A stretch of DNA of 63,851 nt, counting the filler, from an uncultured bacterium (GTDB lineage: Bacteria; CAYSBA01): assembly GCA_964429075.1 (NCBI GenBank). It is 10 parts of 10 records of this genome, joined end to end, with 100 filler letters (N's around TTAATTAATTAA, not from the genome) between each part and the next. Parts side by side here need not be neighbours in the genome. Positions count along the whole stretch, not along the records: positions 1 to 6,452 come from CAYSBA010000080.1; positions 6,553 to 12,997 come from CAYSBA010000081.1; 8 more parts are not named here. The stretch is one strand, 5' to 3'. This document shows positions 1-8,892 of the stretch, piece after piece (position 1 is the first letter of the stretch; each line of letters begins with the position of its first letter). The notes below the pieces were generated by a model. That model searched no databases. It was not told the origin of the DNA and saw only the letters and a list, made by a program, of their open reading frames with translations. Both the position numbers and the translations under genes were made by a program.

Positions 1-1
1 C

Positions 2-73
2 AAAGAGGGTATTCTAAATAATGCACCAGATAAAGATGGTTCTCTATTCAAAGTCCCTGCAATACTAAAATGA
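2..73 (+). CDS. gatC: Asp/Glu-tRNA amidotransferase subunit C, 3' fragment
   Basis: Frame 2 reads [23 protein letters not shown], the typical GatC C-terminus; its stop overlaps the gatA start (ATGA). Confidence 0.88.
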   Translation, partial: KEGILNNAPDKDGSLFKVPAILK

Positions 74-1530
74 AAGAACTTTTAAATACAACCATAGCAG
101 AGTTAAACAGGCTTTTTAGGGCAAAACAACTCTCTCCTGTTGAAGTGGCTGAATTTTTTATAAAAAGGAACGAACAGTATCAAAAACAACTAAATGTTAA
201 TATTACAGATACCTTTGATCAGGCCCTTGATTCTGCAAGGGATAGTGAAAAGAGATTTTTGAAAGATGAGTCATTTGGCATACTCGATGGCATTGTATAT
301 GGTGCAAAGGATATATTCTGTACAGAGGGGATAAAAACCACCTGTGGCTCAAAGATAATTAGCAATTATATCCCCATGTATGAATCAACAGTAACAGATA
401 GACTGAAAAAATTGGGTGCACCCCTTGTTGCCAAACAGAATATGGATGAATTTGCTATGGGATCTTCAACAGAACATTCAGCCTTTGGGCCTGCAAAGAA
501 TCCCTGGGACACAACAAGGGTACCTGGTGGATCAAGCGGCGGTAGTGCTGCATCTGTTGCCAGTGGTTTGACGCTTTTCTCTATTGGAACTGATACTGGT
601 GGATCAATAAGACAACCAGCCTCCTTTTGTGGAGTCGTTGGGTTTAAACCGAGCTATGGGAGAATTTCAAGGTTTGGCATGATCGCCTTTGCATCTTCGC
701 TTGATCAGGCAGGAGTACTTGCAAGGAGCGTAGAAGATGCATGGATAGTTGCATCTGCCATATCAGGTAAGGATGGTATGGATCCAACAGCCACCCTTGG
801 TACCATAAGTGGTAGCCTTAAACAAAAAGATATCAAAGGAGTTAGAATCGGTGTTCTTTCAGATCTCGAAGGAATTGGTGCAGATAAAGATATTGTGTCT
901 CTATATAACAGAGTGCTTCGTGACATAGAAACTGCAGGTGGTATAATAGTTGAATGCAATCTACCTTCACTAAAGTATGCACTGCCAGCATACTATGTAA
1001 TTGCACCTTCTGAGGCAAGCTCAAACCTTGCTCGATTTGATGGTATTAGATATGGGTTCCGTAAATCTGAGCAAAATCTCGATCTTATGTACAAAAGAAC
1101 GAGAACAGAGGGGTTTGGTAGTGAGGTAAAAAGGAGGATACTTATAGGGACATTCTGTCTTTCTGCAGGATATTTTGAGGACTATTTTCTCAAGGCTGCA
1201 AAGGCAAGGACGAAGATTATTGAGGAATTTAATGCCATATTTGAAGAATGTGATCTTTTATTAATACCCACAACTCCTACAGTTGCTTTTAAACTTGGAG
1301 AAAAGATAAATGATCCATTAGAGATGTATAGATCTGACATACTGACCGTACCCGCAAGTCTTGCTGGATTGCCTGCCATCTCACTGCCTGCAGGCACTAT
1401 AAACTCTCTGCCCGCAGGGATACAATTGATTGCAAAAAGAAAAAAAGATGAAACTCTTCTTGCAGTATCACTGTCTATAGAAGAGATTTTAGACTTTGAT
1501 CGCAGTATGATATATGAAAGATATTTTTGA
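70..1530 (+). CDS. gatA: Asp/Glu-tRNA amidotransferase subunit A
   Basis: Amidase signature [30 protein letters not shown] and EVKRRILIG; lies between gatC and gatB. Confidence 0.97.
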   Translation: MKELLNTTIAELNRLFRAKQLSPVEVAEFFIKRNEQYQKQLNVNITDTFDQALDSARDSEKRFLKDESFGILDGIVYGAKDIFCTEGIKTTCGSKIISNYIPMYESTVTDRLKKLGAPLVAKQNMDEFAMGSSTEHSAFGPAKNPWDTTRVPGGSSGGSAASVASGLTLFSIGTDTGGSIRQPASFCGVVGFKPSYGRISRFGMIAFASSLDQAGVLARSVEDAWIVASAISGKDGMDPTATLGTISGSLKQKDIKGVRIGVLSDLEGIGADKDIVSLYNRVLRDIETAGGIIVECNLPSLKYALPAYYVIAPSEASSNLARFDGIRYGFRKSEQNLDLMYKRTRTEGFGSEVKRRILIGTFCLSAGYFEDYFLKAAKARTKIIEEFNAIFEECDLLLIPTTPTVAFKLGEKINDPLEMYRSDILTVPASLAGLPAISLPAGTINSLPAGIQLIAKRKKDETLLAVSLSIEEILDFDRSMIYERYF

Positions 1531-2975
1531 AAAATATGAGGCAGTCATAGGTCTGGAGGTTCATGCTCAGCTTCTGACAGAGAGTAAACTCTTTTGTAGT
1601 TGTTCTACAAATTTTGGTGATGAGCCCAACACTAACATCTGTCCTATATGTACCGGACAGCCTGGTGTTCTTCCAAGGACAAATAGAGAGGCTGTTGTGA
1701 TGGCAACAAGGGCTGCCATTGCTCTAAACATGCATATTAACAAAAAGAGTATTTTTGAACGTAAAAACTATTTTTATCCAGACCTTCCAAAGGGGTATCA
1801 AATTTCACAGTATGCCGTACCTATTGCAGAACATGGATATTTAATAATTGAATCAGAAAAGGGACCCAGAAAGATTGGCATTACACGTTTGCATCTCGAA
1901 GAGGATGCTGGTAAGAATATGCATCATCCTCAGCAGGGTTATAGTCTTGTTGATTTTAACAGAACCGGTGTTCCACTGATAGAGATTGTTTCAGAACCTG
2001 AAATACACTCACCCATTGAAGCGAAATTGTATCTTAAAAGACTTAGAAGNNNNNNNNNNAAGTGTACTTATGTATCTTGGTGTCTGTGATGGTAATATGC
2101 AGGAGGGATCATTCAGATGTGATGCAAATGTTTCTGTAAGGATTAAAGGAAGTAATGAGCTTGGAGTTAAAGTAGAACTTAAGAATATGAATTCATTTAA
2201 ATTCATAGAAGATGCCCTTGAGTATGAAATCAAACGCCAGATATTTGAGATAGAGCAGGGTGGTGAGATTGTTCAGGAGACAAGACTATGGGACACCTCA
2301 AAGCAGATGACATTCACAATGAGACGCAAAGAGACAGCATCAGACTATAGATATTTTCCAGATCCAGATCTCCCATCTGTCATAGTTGATGAAGCTATCT
2401 TAAATGATGCAAAGGAAAACTTCCCGGAGCTTCCATGGGAAAAGGCAGAAAGATTTGCAAGAGAGTATGGTCTTAGGAGATATGATATAGATATTCTAAT
2501 ATCTCACAGGACACTTTCAGACTATTTTGAAGAGGTTGTCAAAAGATGCAATGATCCAAGAATGGCAGCAAACTGGATTATATCAGAGCTACTCAGAGAA
2601 CTTAAGTTTGAAAACCTTGTATCTGTAAATATGCCAATCAGGGCAGAATACCTAGCAGAATTAATAGTTCTTTTAAAATCGGGAAAGATAAATAACCTTA
2701 CTGCAAAAGATGTATTTTCACAGGTATTAAAGAGTGGAGAGTCTCCCATAAAGATTGTTGAAGAGAAGGGACTTTCTATTGTGGGAGACAAAGAAGAACT
2801 TGAAGAGATAGTTAAAAAGGTGTTCGAAGAAAATCCAAAGGAGTTTGAGAGATTAAAAGGCGGGGAGATGAAACTTGTTGGATTTTTCATGGGGCAGGTA
2901 ATGAAGGCCACAAAGGGTAGGGCAAATCCAAAGAGTCTGAAAGAGATAATACTTAGATTTGCTAAATCAGATTAA
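1514..2975 (+). CDS. gatB: Asp/Glu-tRNA amidotransferase subunit B (one gene split by a 10-N scaffold gap)
   Basis: [40 protein letters not shown]. The flanks of the gap at 2050-2059 overlap by AAG; removing 13 nt gives 1449 nt in frame (..KRLRSVLMYLG..). Confidence 0.96.
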
Positions 2976-3223
2976 AATCTTGCTATTATTGACATTGCAG
3001 CAAATACTACTGCAAAAAGAAGTACGCCTGCTGCTACAAGCAACAAACCAAATGCAACATATTTGGTTGTATTGTTGAGAGGTGTAATTTCTCTATTTTT
3101 GTCATTTTTATCAAGCCAATCTTTTGCCCTTACATGAAGTCCTTTATACCTTATTCTGAGGAATCCCCATGCAAGCACAAAAAGGACCGCAAGTACAATG
3201 ATTATGACAGACTTTAGCTGCAA
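2972..3223 (-). CDS. Small membrane protein, two predicted TM helices
   Basis: 83-aa ORF with two hydrophobic stretches; GAGGTG RBS upstream of the TTG start. Confidence 0.7.
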   Translation of the reverse strand: MQLKSVIIIVLAVLFVLAWGFLRIRYKGLHVRAKDWLDKNDKNREITPLNNTTKYVAFGLLLVAAGVLLFAVVFAAMSIIARF

Positions 3224-3244
3224 GATACCACCTCAGTAGTTATT

Positions 3245-3571
3245 TTATAGAAGGTTTAATACACGTTCAAGTTTCTCTTTTGCCTCATCAGTCAGATCAT
3301 TGAATCTGATCCCCATCCCACCTTTGTTGCCATTTTCGGATTTTTTTACCCATACCACTTCTCCCGTTGTTTCAATTAAGTCATCAAGTTCAGGGATGGA
3401 AAAAAAGAGTTTAAGGGTTGTGCCAACAGGTAGGGGAGAGTCTGTCTGAAGGAAGATGCCTCCCAGAGAGATATTAATTGCATAATCTCTGAGAAATTGT
3501 TCTGCATTTTCATAATCAACACAAATAAGTGCCTCTTTTCTTTTAAATCTTCTTCTTTCTTTTTCACCCAT
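3245..3571 (-). CDS. Stand-alone PilZ domain protein (TIGR02266-like)
   Basis: RxxxR (ERRRFKR) and NxSxGG (NISLGG) c-di-GMP motifs, GEVVW and GMGIRF. Start placed at the ATG at 3571, downstream of the predicted promoter. Confidence 0.88.
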   Translation of the reverse strand: MGEKERRRFKRKEALICVDYENAEQFLRDYAINISLGGIFLQTDSPLPVGTTLKLFFSIPELDDLIETTGEVVWVKKSENGNKGGMGIRFNDLTDEAKEKLERVLNLL

Positions 3572-3578
3572 AAATACA

Positions 3579-3643
3579 ATATTATGAAAGATTTTTACTT
3601 TTGTCAAAGCCATCTTGACAAACAGGTTTTGTAAGGGAATATT
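3579..3643. promoter_or_regulatory. Back-to-back divergent sigma70-like promoters
   Basis: Minus strand: TTGACA(3607-3602)-N17-TAATAT(3584-3579). Plus strand: TTGACA(3615-3620)-N17-AATATT(3638-3643). The -35 boxes form the palindrome TTGTCAA-N7-TTGACAA. Confidence 0.7.
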
Positions 3644-3649
3644 TAACCT

Positions 3650-4696
3650 ATGAAACTGACTCCATATGAAATAGAGGGCATAAGGCAGGTTCTTCAGGGG
3701 ACATCCATAATTGATAGTATTGGATTTTTTTTTGTCTCTGAAGCTGAGATAAGATCCTTTCTCAAGGTAAATGGTTTTGATCTGAATAGTCCAACCGACA
3801 GAAATAGGATATACGTTTTATACAAACGTGCCAATCGATACATGAAGGAGGAACTTGGACTAGATGTGCCTGATATTGTAAGAGATCCATCAGAGATAGA
3901 GCTTCTGTTCTACAACCTGAATTTAAATAATCGAAACAAAAATAACAACAAAATGAGACAAAATGCCTGCATGTCTCTTAAGATAATGAATGTACTCAAT
4001 CATGTAGATGCTGGTAAATTAAAGATGAAGATTCCACTGAGTGACAAAGAGATGTTTGCCCTGATAGAAGATAGAATCATTGAAGCAGTGGATCTGCTTT
4101 CTCAAGACAAGCAGATAGGTTTAGTTAGTTTTGTAGGAGGTAAAAAGAAAGAATACAGTATGGTTACAAAGCTGTTATGCAAAAAAGAGACACTTGCAGC
4201 ACAGATATTTGATAAACTCAGATACCGTCTTGTTGTGGAAAGTATAGAAAATATACCCTTTGTGTTAAGGGGTCTATTTCATACATTAATCCCCTATAAC
4301 TATGTAGTGCCCAACCAGACCAGAAACAATCTTGTTGATGTTTTGGAGTGTCTGTTACCTTTTGTTATGCAGCTCCCGGATGATATTGCAAAACGCATAA
4401 AGTTTGCAATAAAAAAAGGAAAAAAAGAATATGCACCACCCTTTGTAAATGAGTTTTCAGGACAGACCTATCGAATAATTAATTTCATCTGTGAGCTTCC
4501 TCTAATAGTAACAAAATCGATGTGTCTACTTGATGAGACATTACTCGATAAATATGGAAGAATTATCTATGTTCAGGTTGAATTTCAGCTTGTTGATGTT
4601 AAAACAGATCTACAGAACAATTCTGGAGAAAACAGTCACGAAAGGTATAAAAATAGGCAGAAAGAAAAGGTTCTCAAAAGGCTTTATTGTGATTGA
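3650..4696 (+). CDS. TIGR04552-like protein with RelA/SpoT synthetase-like motifs
   Basis: K..SMVTKLLCK, IFDKLRYR, NEFSGQTY, VEFQL and SHERYK; resembles the uncharacterised myxobacterial TIGR04552 family (recalled, not searched). Confidence 0.75.
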   Translation: MKLTPYEIEGIRQVLQGTSIIDSIGFFFVSEAEIRSFLKVNGFDLNSPTDRNRIYVLYKRANRYMKEELGLDVPDIVRDPSEIELLFYNLNLNNRNKNNNKMRQNACMSLKIMNVLNHVDAGKLKMKIPLSDKEMFALIEDRIIEAVDLLSQDKQIGLVSFVGGKKKEYSMVTKLLCKKETLAAQIFDKLRYRLVVESIENIPFVLRGLFHTLIPYNYVVPNQTRNNLVDVLECLLPFVMQLPDDIAKRIKFAIKKGKKEYAPPFVNEFSGQTYRIINFICELPLIVTKSMCLLDETLLDKYGRIIYVQVEFQLVDVKTDLQNNSGENSHERYKNRQKEKVLKRLYCD

Positions 4697-5514
4697 TTCA
4701 GATTTTTTGTGGGATCATATAGCCTTTTTTTAGAGACACCAAAGATCCGTGATACAATTGCAACTGCATCACGATGGGATAACCCTTTTTTTATAAGCTC
4801 ATCAACAAGATTTAATGATTTGTTGACTGAATCTTCTATGGATTGTCCTATATTTTGAGTATCAACAATTATGGTGAATTCACCAATTTCATTCAGATCA
4901 CCTTTAAGTAGATTGGAAATGCAATCCCATCTGAATTCTTCAAAGACCTTTGTCATTTCCCGCGCAACAAGAACATTCACATCACCTATGGTATCTTTAA
5001 TTAGTCTGAGTATATCTTTGACTCTATTTGGCGACTCGTATATTATCAATGCATCTGCACATTGGGCAAATTTAACAATCCTTTCTGCTGCCTTTTTTCT
5101 GTTCCTTGGCAAAAAACCAAGAAATACAAAGTTTGATATATCCTTACCGTAAACACTTATTGCAGCATTTATTGCAGAAACACCAGGTACAGGTACAACA
5201 GCAATCCCAATCTCTCTTGCAAGTTTTACAAGATCTGCTCCAGGATCTGATATACCAGGTGTTCCTGCATCACAGACATAGGCAATCTTTTTATCCTCCT
5301 GCAAGAGCTTTTTTATCTTTTCGATCTTTTTTTTGGTTGAATGCTGGTGAAAAGATAAAAGTCTCTTTTTAGGTGCATACAGTTCAACTAAGATCTTTGT
5401 TCTTCTTGTGTCTTCACAGAGAATAACATCGGCATCCTTAAGAGTATTTATAGCACGAAGGGTGATGTCTTCTAAATTGCCAATGGGTGTAGCAACGATA
5501 TATAATACGCCCAT
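4684..5514 (-). CDS. rsmI: 16S rRNA (cytidine1402-2'-O)-methyltransferase
   Basis: LYIVATPIGNLEDITLRA, CEDTRRT, DAGTPGISDPG, YESPNR, REMTKVFEE. Confidence 0.96.
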   Translation of the reverse strand: MGVLYIVATPIGNLEDITLRAINTLKDADVILCEDTRRTKILVELYAPKKRLLSFHQHSTKKKIEKIKKLLQEDKKIAYVCDAGTPGISDPGADLVKLAREIGIAVVPVPGVSAINAAISVYGKDISNFVFLGFLPRNRKKAAERIVKFAQCADALIIYESPNRVKDILRLIKDTIGDVNVLVAREMTKVFEEFRWDCISNLLKGDLNEIGEFTIIVDTQNIGQSIEDSVNKSLNLVDELIKKGLSHRDAVAIVSRIFGVSKKRLYDPTKNLNQSQ

Positions 5515-5524
5515 TCAGTCTGAC

Positions 5525-6316
5525 TCACACCTTATCAAATTGGTCGTTGCGTTTTTTTGAATACCACCAGCCAAAACCAAATAAAAGGACTGCTACCAAT
5601 ACAATTATTACAGCGATTGTAGGATAGGCTGATAGTGAATCCAGCACCTCTTTGGCCTCTTTGTTCAAGGGATCATATTTGAGAGATTTTTGGGCGTATT
5701 CTTTTGCTTTTACCCTGTCTTTTGCAGTTAGCCTCTCCTTTGCCCACTCTGCATAGGCCTTGGCAATTGCGAGCTTTGCATCGTCATCATCAGACATCTC
5801 TTTATAGTATTCAGATAGAGTTGTGACCGCCATTTCATAATTTTTTAGCCTGAGATAATCGAGACCATAAAGTTTTTTTATTTTTAATCTTAACTCCTTT
5901 CTCCCCTGATCTTCCTTACCCAACCTTATGCTCTTTTTTAGGTAACTTCTGGCCTTTGCAAGTCTGTTTTTCTGAAACATCAAAAGGGCGCACTTAAAAT
6001 ATGTGTTTGATGCAAAGTTTTTTGAATCTTTTATGTCCTCGGGTGCATCCTCTGCAACAAAGTTGATCTTATCAAGAAGTTTGCATGCGCCTAAGAAATC
6101 TGGATTATTTTTGTTTTCTTTTTCCTCTTTTGTTTTCTTTTCCTCTTTAACAACAATCCTTTTGCCTTCAAGTTGTTCACCAGAGACAAGCTCTTTTGCC
6201 CTTTTGAGAAGTTGTTCTGGATCTGGCCTGTTTTCGTCTCCCTCCCATGACAGCAGGTTGGATATGGGAAGGGTTAAAAATAAAATCCACATCATAAAAA
6301 GCATAAATCTCTTCAT
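5525..6316 (-). CDS. Exported TPR-like protein with C-terminal TM anchor
   Basis: Signal peptide, TPR-like helices (KSLKYDPLNKEA), C-terminal hydrophobic helix plus KKR; GGAGG RBS. Confidence 0.75.
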   Translation of the reverse strand: MKRFMLFMMWILFLTLPISNLLSWEGDENRPDPEQLLKRAKELVSGEQLEGKRIVVKEEKKTKEEKENKNNPDFLGACKLLDKINFVAEDAPEDIKDSKNFASNTYFKCALLMFQKNRLAKARSYLKKSIRLGKEDQGRKELRLKIKKLYGLDYLRLKNYEMAVTTLSEYYKEMSDDDDAKLAIAKAYAEWAKERLTAKDRVKAKEYAQKSLKYDPLNKEAKEVLDSLSAYPTIAVIIVLVAVLLFGFGWWYSKKRNDQFDKV

Positions 6317-6339
6317 ATTGCCTCCAGTAGAGATTTAAA

Positions 6340-6450
6340 CTATGGATTAATATTACCATCTCTGTCATAGTCCAGATATACAGGGTTGGTCAATGCCAGG
6401 GGTCTTCTTTTACCAGATACAGCAGGGAATAGTTTTTTCTGGCCTTCTAC
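6340..6450 (-). CDS. C-terminal fragment, probably a CehA/McbA-like PHP metallohydrolase
   Basis: Not in the ORF track. Reads VEGQKKLFPAVSGKRRPLALTNPVYLDYDRDGNINP*; the A.TNP.Y.D.D.DG ending is typical of that family. Truncated by the contig end. Confidence 0.5.
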   Translation of the reverse strand, partial: VEGQKKLFPAVSGKRRPLALTNPVYLDYDRDGNINP

Positions 6451-6452
6451 AT

Positions 6453-6552
6453 NNNNNNNNNNNNNNNNNNNNNNNNNNNNNNNNNNNNNNNNNNNNTTAA
6501 TTAATTAANNNNNNNNNNNNNNNNNNNNNNNNNNNNNNNNNNNNNNNNNNNN
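6453..6552. other. Artificial contig spacer
   Basis: 44 N + TTAATTAATTAA (stops in all six frames) + 44 N. Confidence 0.98.
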
Positions 6553-6755
6553 TTTAACTCTTTTTGAAAACTGTTTACCTGGTCGTATAGTTTTTTCATC
6601 GTTGTAATCGGAACTCCAATACCGAGTCCACCCCCCATCTCAACACCGCCTTTATCAAGGACCCTACCGGTCTGTAGCGCAGAATAAGAAACAGCACAAT
6701 CTAACAGAAAAAGAGATATTACAATTAAATAGCATAACTTGATCAAGCATCTCAT
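6553..6755 (-). CDS. Probable lipoprotein, 5' fragment
   Basis: GAGGTG RBS, hydrophobic leader ending LLDC, then SYSALQTGRVLDKG; truncated by the spacer. Confidence 0.6.
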
Positions 6756-6812
6756 AATCACCTCTCGATAATATTATAGGGTGAAAGGTACTGGCTTAGA
6801 AGGCTGAGGATG

Positions 6813-7496
6813 TCAATCACTGTCCTGATCTGTGCGTTCCACCCTTCTAAAAGGATGCAAGAATTCTGCCAGCCTTATAGGTTTTCTTGTCTGTATCCAC
6901 ACCCTGCCCTTGCCAGAAAAACGACACACAAGACCTTCACCAGAAAAGAGAAAAGATTTTATACCAGAAAAGGGTTCTACAATGTAATTCAGGGTAGGCT
7001 CAAAGGCCACAATATGACCTGTATCTATAATCATACTGCCATCTACTTCAATCTGCTCAATAGCTCCGTAGGAGTTAAAAAACAAAATACCCTCTCCTTC
7101 TGCCTTTAAAAGAAAAAGGCCCTGGCCAGAAAAAAATCCTCTAAGACCCTCCCATTTTGTGTCAATAAAAATTGACGGCAAAGAGGCCAGATATGAAGAG
7201 CTTGCCAGATATAAACTGCCACTTAAAGGATAATCAACAATCTGTCCCATTATTGATGGTGAAAGTCTGATTTCAGCACCCCTTTTATGTGATTCAAAGG
7301 TATTCTGGAAGATAGATTCACCTCCAAGGAAGGATCTTTTGAGAGCCTTTAATACACCCCCACGCGCCTGTGTCTTGATAGAAATACCGTCAGACATTGT
7401 GACCATAGCTCCGCTTTCCGCCACAATACTCTCTCCCTCATCGAGCACAACGTGTAAGGTTGAAAATGTTGAGCTAAAGTTTATCTTATACTGCAT
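6813..7496 (-). CDS. TIGR00266/AIM24 family protein (3rd copy)
   Basis: AESGAMVTM, GGESIFQN, IDTGHIVAF, SGEGLVCRFSGKG. Confidence 0.9.
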   Translation of the reverse strand: MQYKINFSSTFSTLHVVLDEGESIVAESGAMVTMSDGISIKTQARGGVLKALKRSFLGGESIFQNTFESHKRGAEIRLSPSIMGQIVDYPLSGSLYLASSSYLASLPSIFIDTKWEGLRGFFSGQGLFLLKAEGEGILFFNSYGAIEQIEVDGSMIIDTGHIVAFEPTLNYIVEPFSGIKSFLFSGEGLVCRFSGKGRVWIQTRKPIRLAEFLHPFRRVERTDQDSD

Positions 7497-7512
7497 AAAT
7501 CACCCTACTCCT

Positions 7513-8199
7513 CTATTCCTTTCTCGGTGGTAATTTTGAGCCTAATAGTCTACCAAATTCAACAGGATTTCTTGTTTGAATCCATACACTGCCTTTCCCT
7601 CTGAATCTACATACAAAACCCTCACCTGAGAAGAAGGTTGCAAACCAGTTCCCTACACGTCTTATTTCAAAATCGATATTACCATCAAAGGCCACAATAT
7701 GCCCTGTATCTACCACAAAACTATCTGTTATATCGATCTTATTGACAGCTCCAAAGGCATTTATAAATGCCCTACCTCTGCCTGTTAGCTTTAACATAAA
7801 CAGACCTTCACCTCCAAGCAGGGTCTTAAGACCACCCCATTTTGTATCCATCGTAATATCTCCATAATGGGCAAGCCAGCTTCCAGACTGAACTACAAGC
7901 CCAGATGGAGGTATGTCAATTTCTACAACATCCCCTAAAAGGGAGGGTGCAATTGTGATTCTTTGATTGTCAGCTTCAGCACGGTATATATTGTTAAAAA
8001 AGGATTCACCTGCTAACATTCGTTTTAAACCCCTGAGGATTCCACCACCTGTTGCATGGGAGATGGTCTTTACAGAGATTGAGTCTGTCATAGTAATCAT
8101 TGAACCACTTTCTGCAACAATACTCTCTCCTCTTTCCAAAGTAAAAATAACATTTGCATAGGTTGGTCTATTTACTATCTTGGCCTGCATCTTTTTCAT
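7513..8199 (-). CDS. TIGR00266/AIM24 family protein (2nd copy)
   Basis: AESGSMITM, AGESFFNN, VDTGHIVAF, SGEGFVCRFRGKG. Confidence 0.9.
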   Translation of the reverse strand: MKKMQAKIVNRPTYANVIFTLERGESIVAESGSMITMTDSISVKTISHATGGGILRGLKRMLAGESFFNNIYRAEADNQRITIAPSLLGDVVEIDIPPSGLVVQSGSWLAHYGDITMDTKWGGLKTLLGGEGLFMLKLTGRGRAFINAFGAVNKIDITDSFVVDTGHIVAFDGNIDFEIRRVGNWFATFFSGEGFVCRFRGKGSVWIQTRNPVEFGRLLGSKLPPRKE

Positions 8200-8888
8200 T
8201 CAGGAAGTAATGGAGTAATCCAGCCCACTGTCCCTGATATGTTGTGTGATTGAATAAGGATAGTACCATTCCCATCGAACTGGACAACAAGCCCTTCACC
8301 TGAAAAAAGGGTGCTCTTTATACCACCAACAGTACGGATTGCATATGAAATGGTGGGTTCAAAGGCTACTATATGTCCGGTATCAACGATGAGTGTATTT
8401 TTTAGATCTATCTTTTCAACTGTACCATAGCTGTTCAACCACAGATCGCCATTTCCTGATAATTCAAGGAAAAATAAACCCTCCCACATAAAGAATGATC
8501 TAAAACCCATCCACTTTATCTTCAATCTGATTCCACCAGAACATGCCAGAAAAGAACCACCCTGCACAATAAGACTCTGATTTTCTAATTTTATGTGTAC
8601 TATAGAACCTGGTATCTTTGGCGCAATAAAAACCTTCTTTGTATCATCAACAGTGCTATATTTGTTAATAAAAAAAGACTCACCACCCAGAAATTTTCTA
8701 ACCAGTGCATACAAAAAGGCAATTATACGAGCGAGAACCCCCCCTTTCCAGGATCCTATAGTGGTCTTTATTTCGGTCCCATCATCCATTGCAACCATGG
8801 ATCCGCTTTCTGTGATCAGGGTTTCTCCTCTTCTAATATTGACCTCAAGCATAGAGAATGAATCTTTGTAGTGTATTTTAAAGTCCAT
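8196..8888 (-). CDS. TIGR00266/AIM24 family protein (1st copy)
   Basis: TESGSMVAM, GGESFFIN, VDTGHIVAF, SGEGLVVQFDGNG. Confidence 0.9.
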   Translation of the reverse strand: MDFKIHYKDSFSMLEVNIRRGETLITESGSMVAMDDGTEIKTTIGSWKGGVLARIIAFLYALVRKFLGGESFFINKYSTVDDTKKVFIAPKIPGSIVHIKLENQSLIVQGGSFLACSGGIRLKIKWMGFRSFFMWEGLFFLELSGNGDLWLNSYGTVEKIDLKNTLIVDTGHIVAFEPTISYAIRTVGGIKSTLFSGEGLVVQFDGNGTILIQSHNISGTVGWITPLLPE

Positions 8889-8892
8889 AGAT

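Noticed and set aside
1986..2089. Apparent frameshift or split in gatB
   Set aside because: Caused by the 10-N gap with a 3-nt overlap; removing it restores one reading frame.
6497..6508. TTAATTAATTAA palindrome recurring about every 6.5 kb as a possible repeat or recombination site
   Set aside because: Always embedded in 44-N flanks; it is a six-frame-stop linker added during concatenation.
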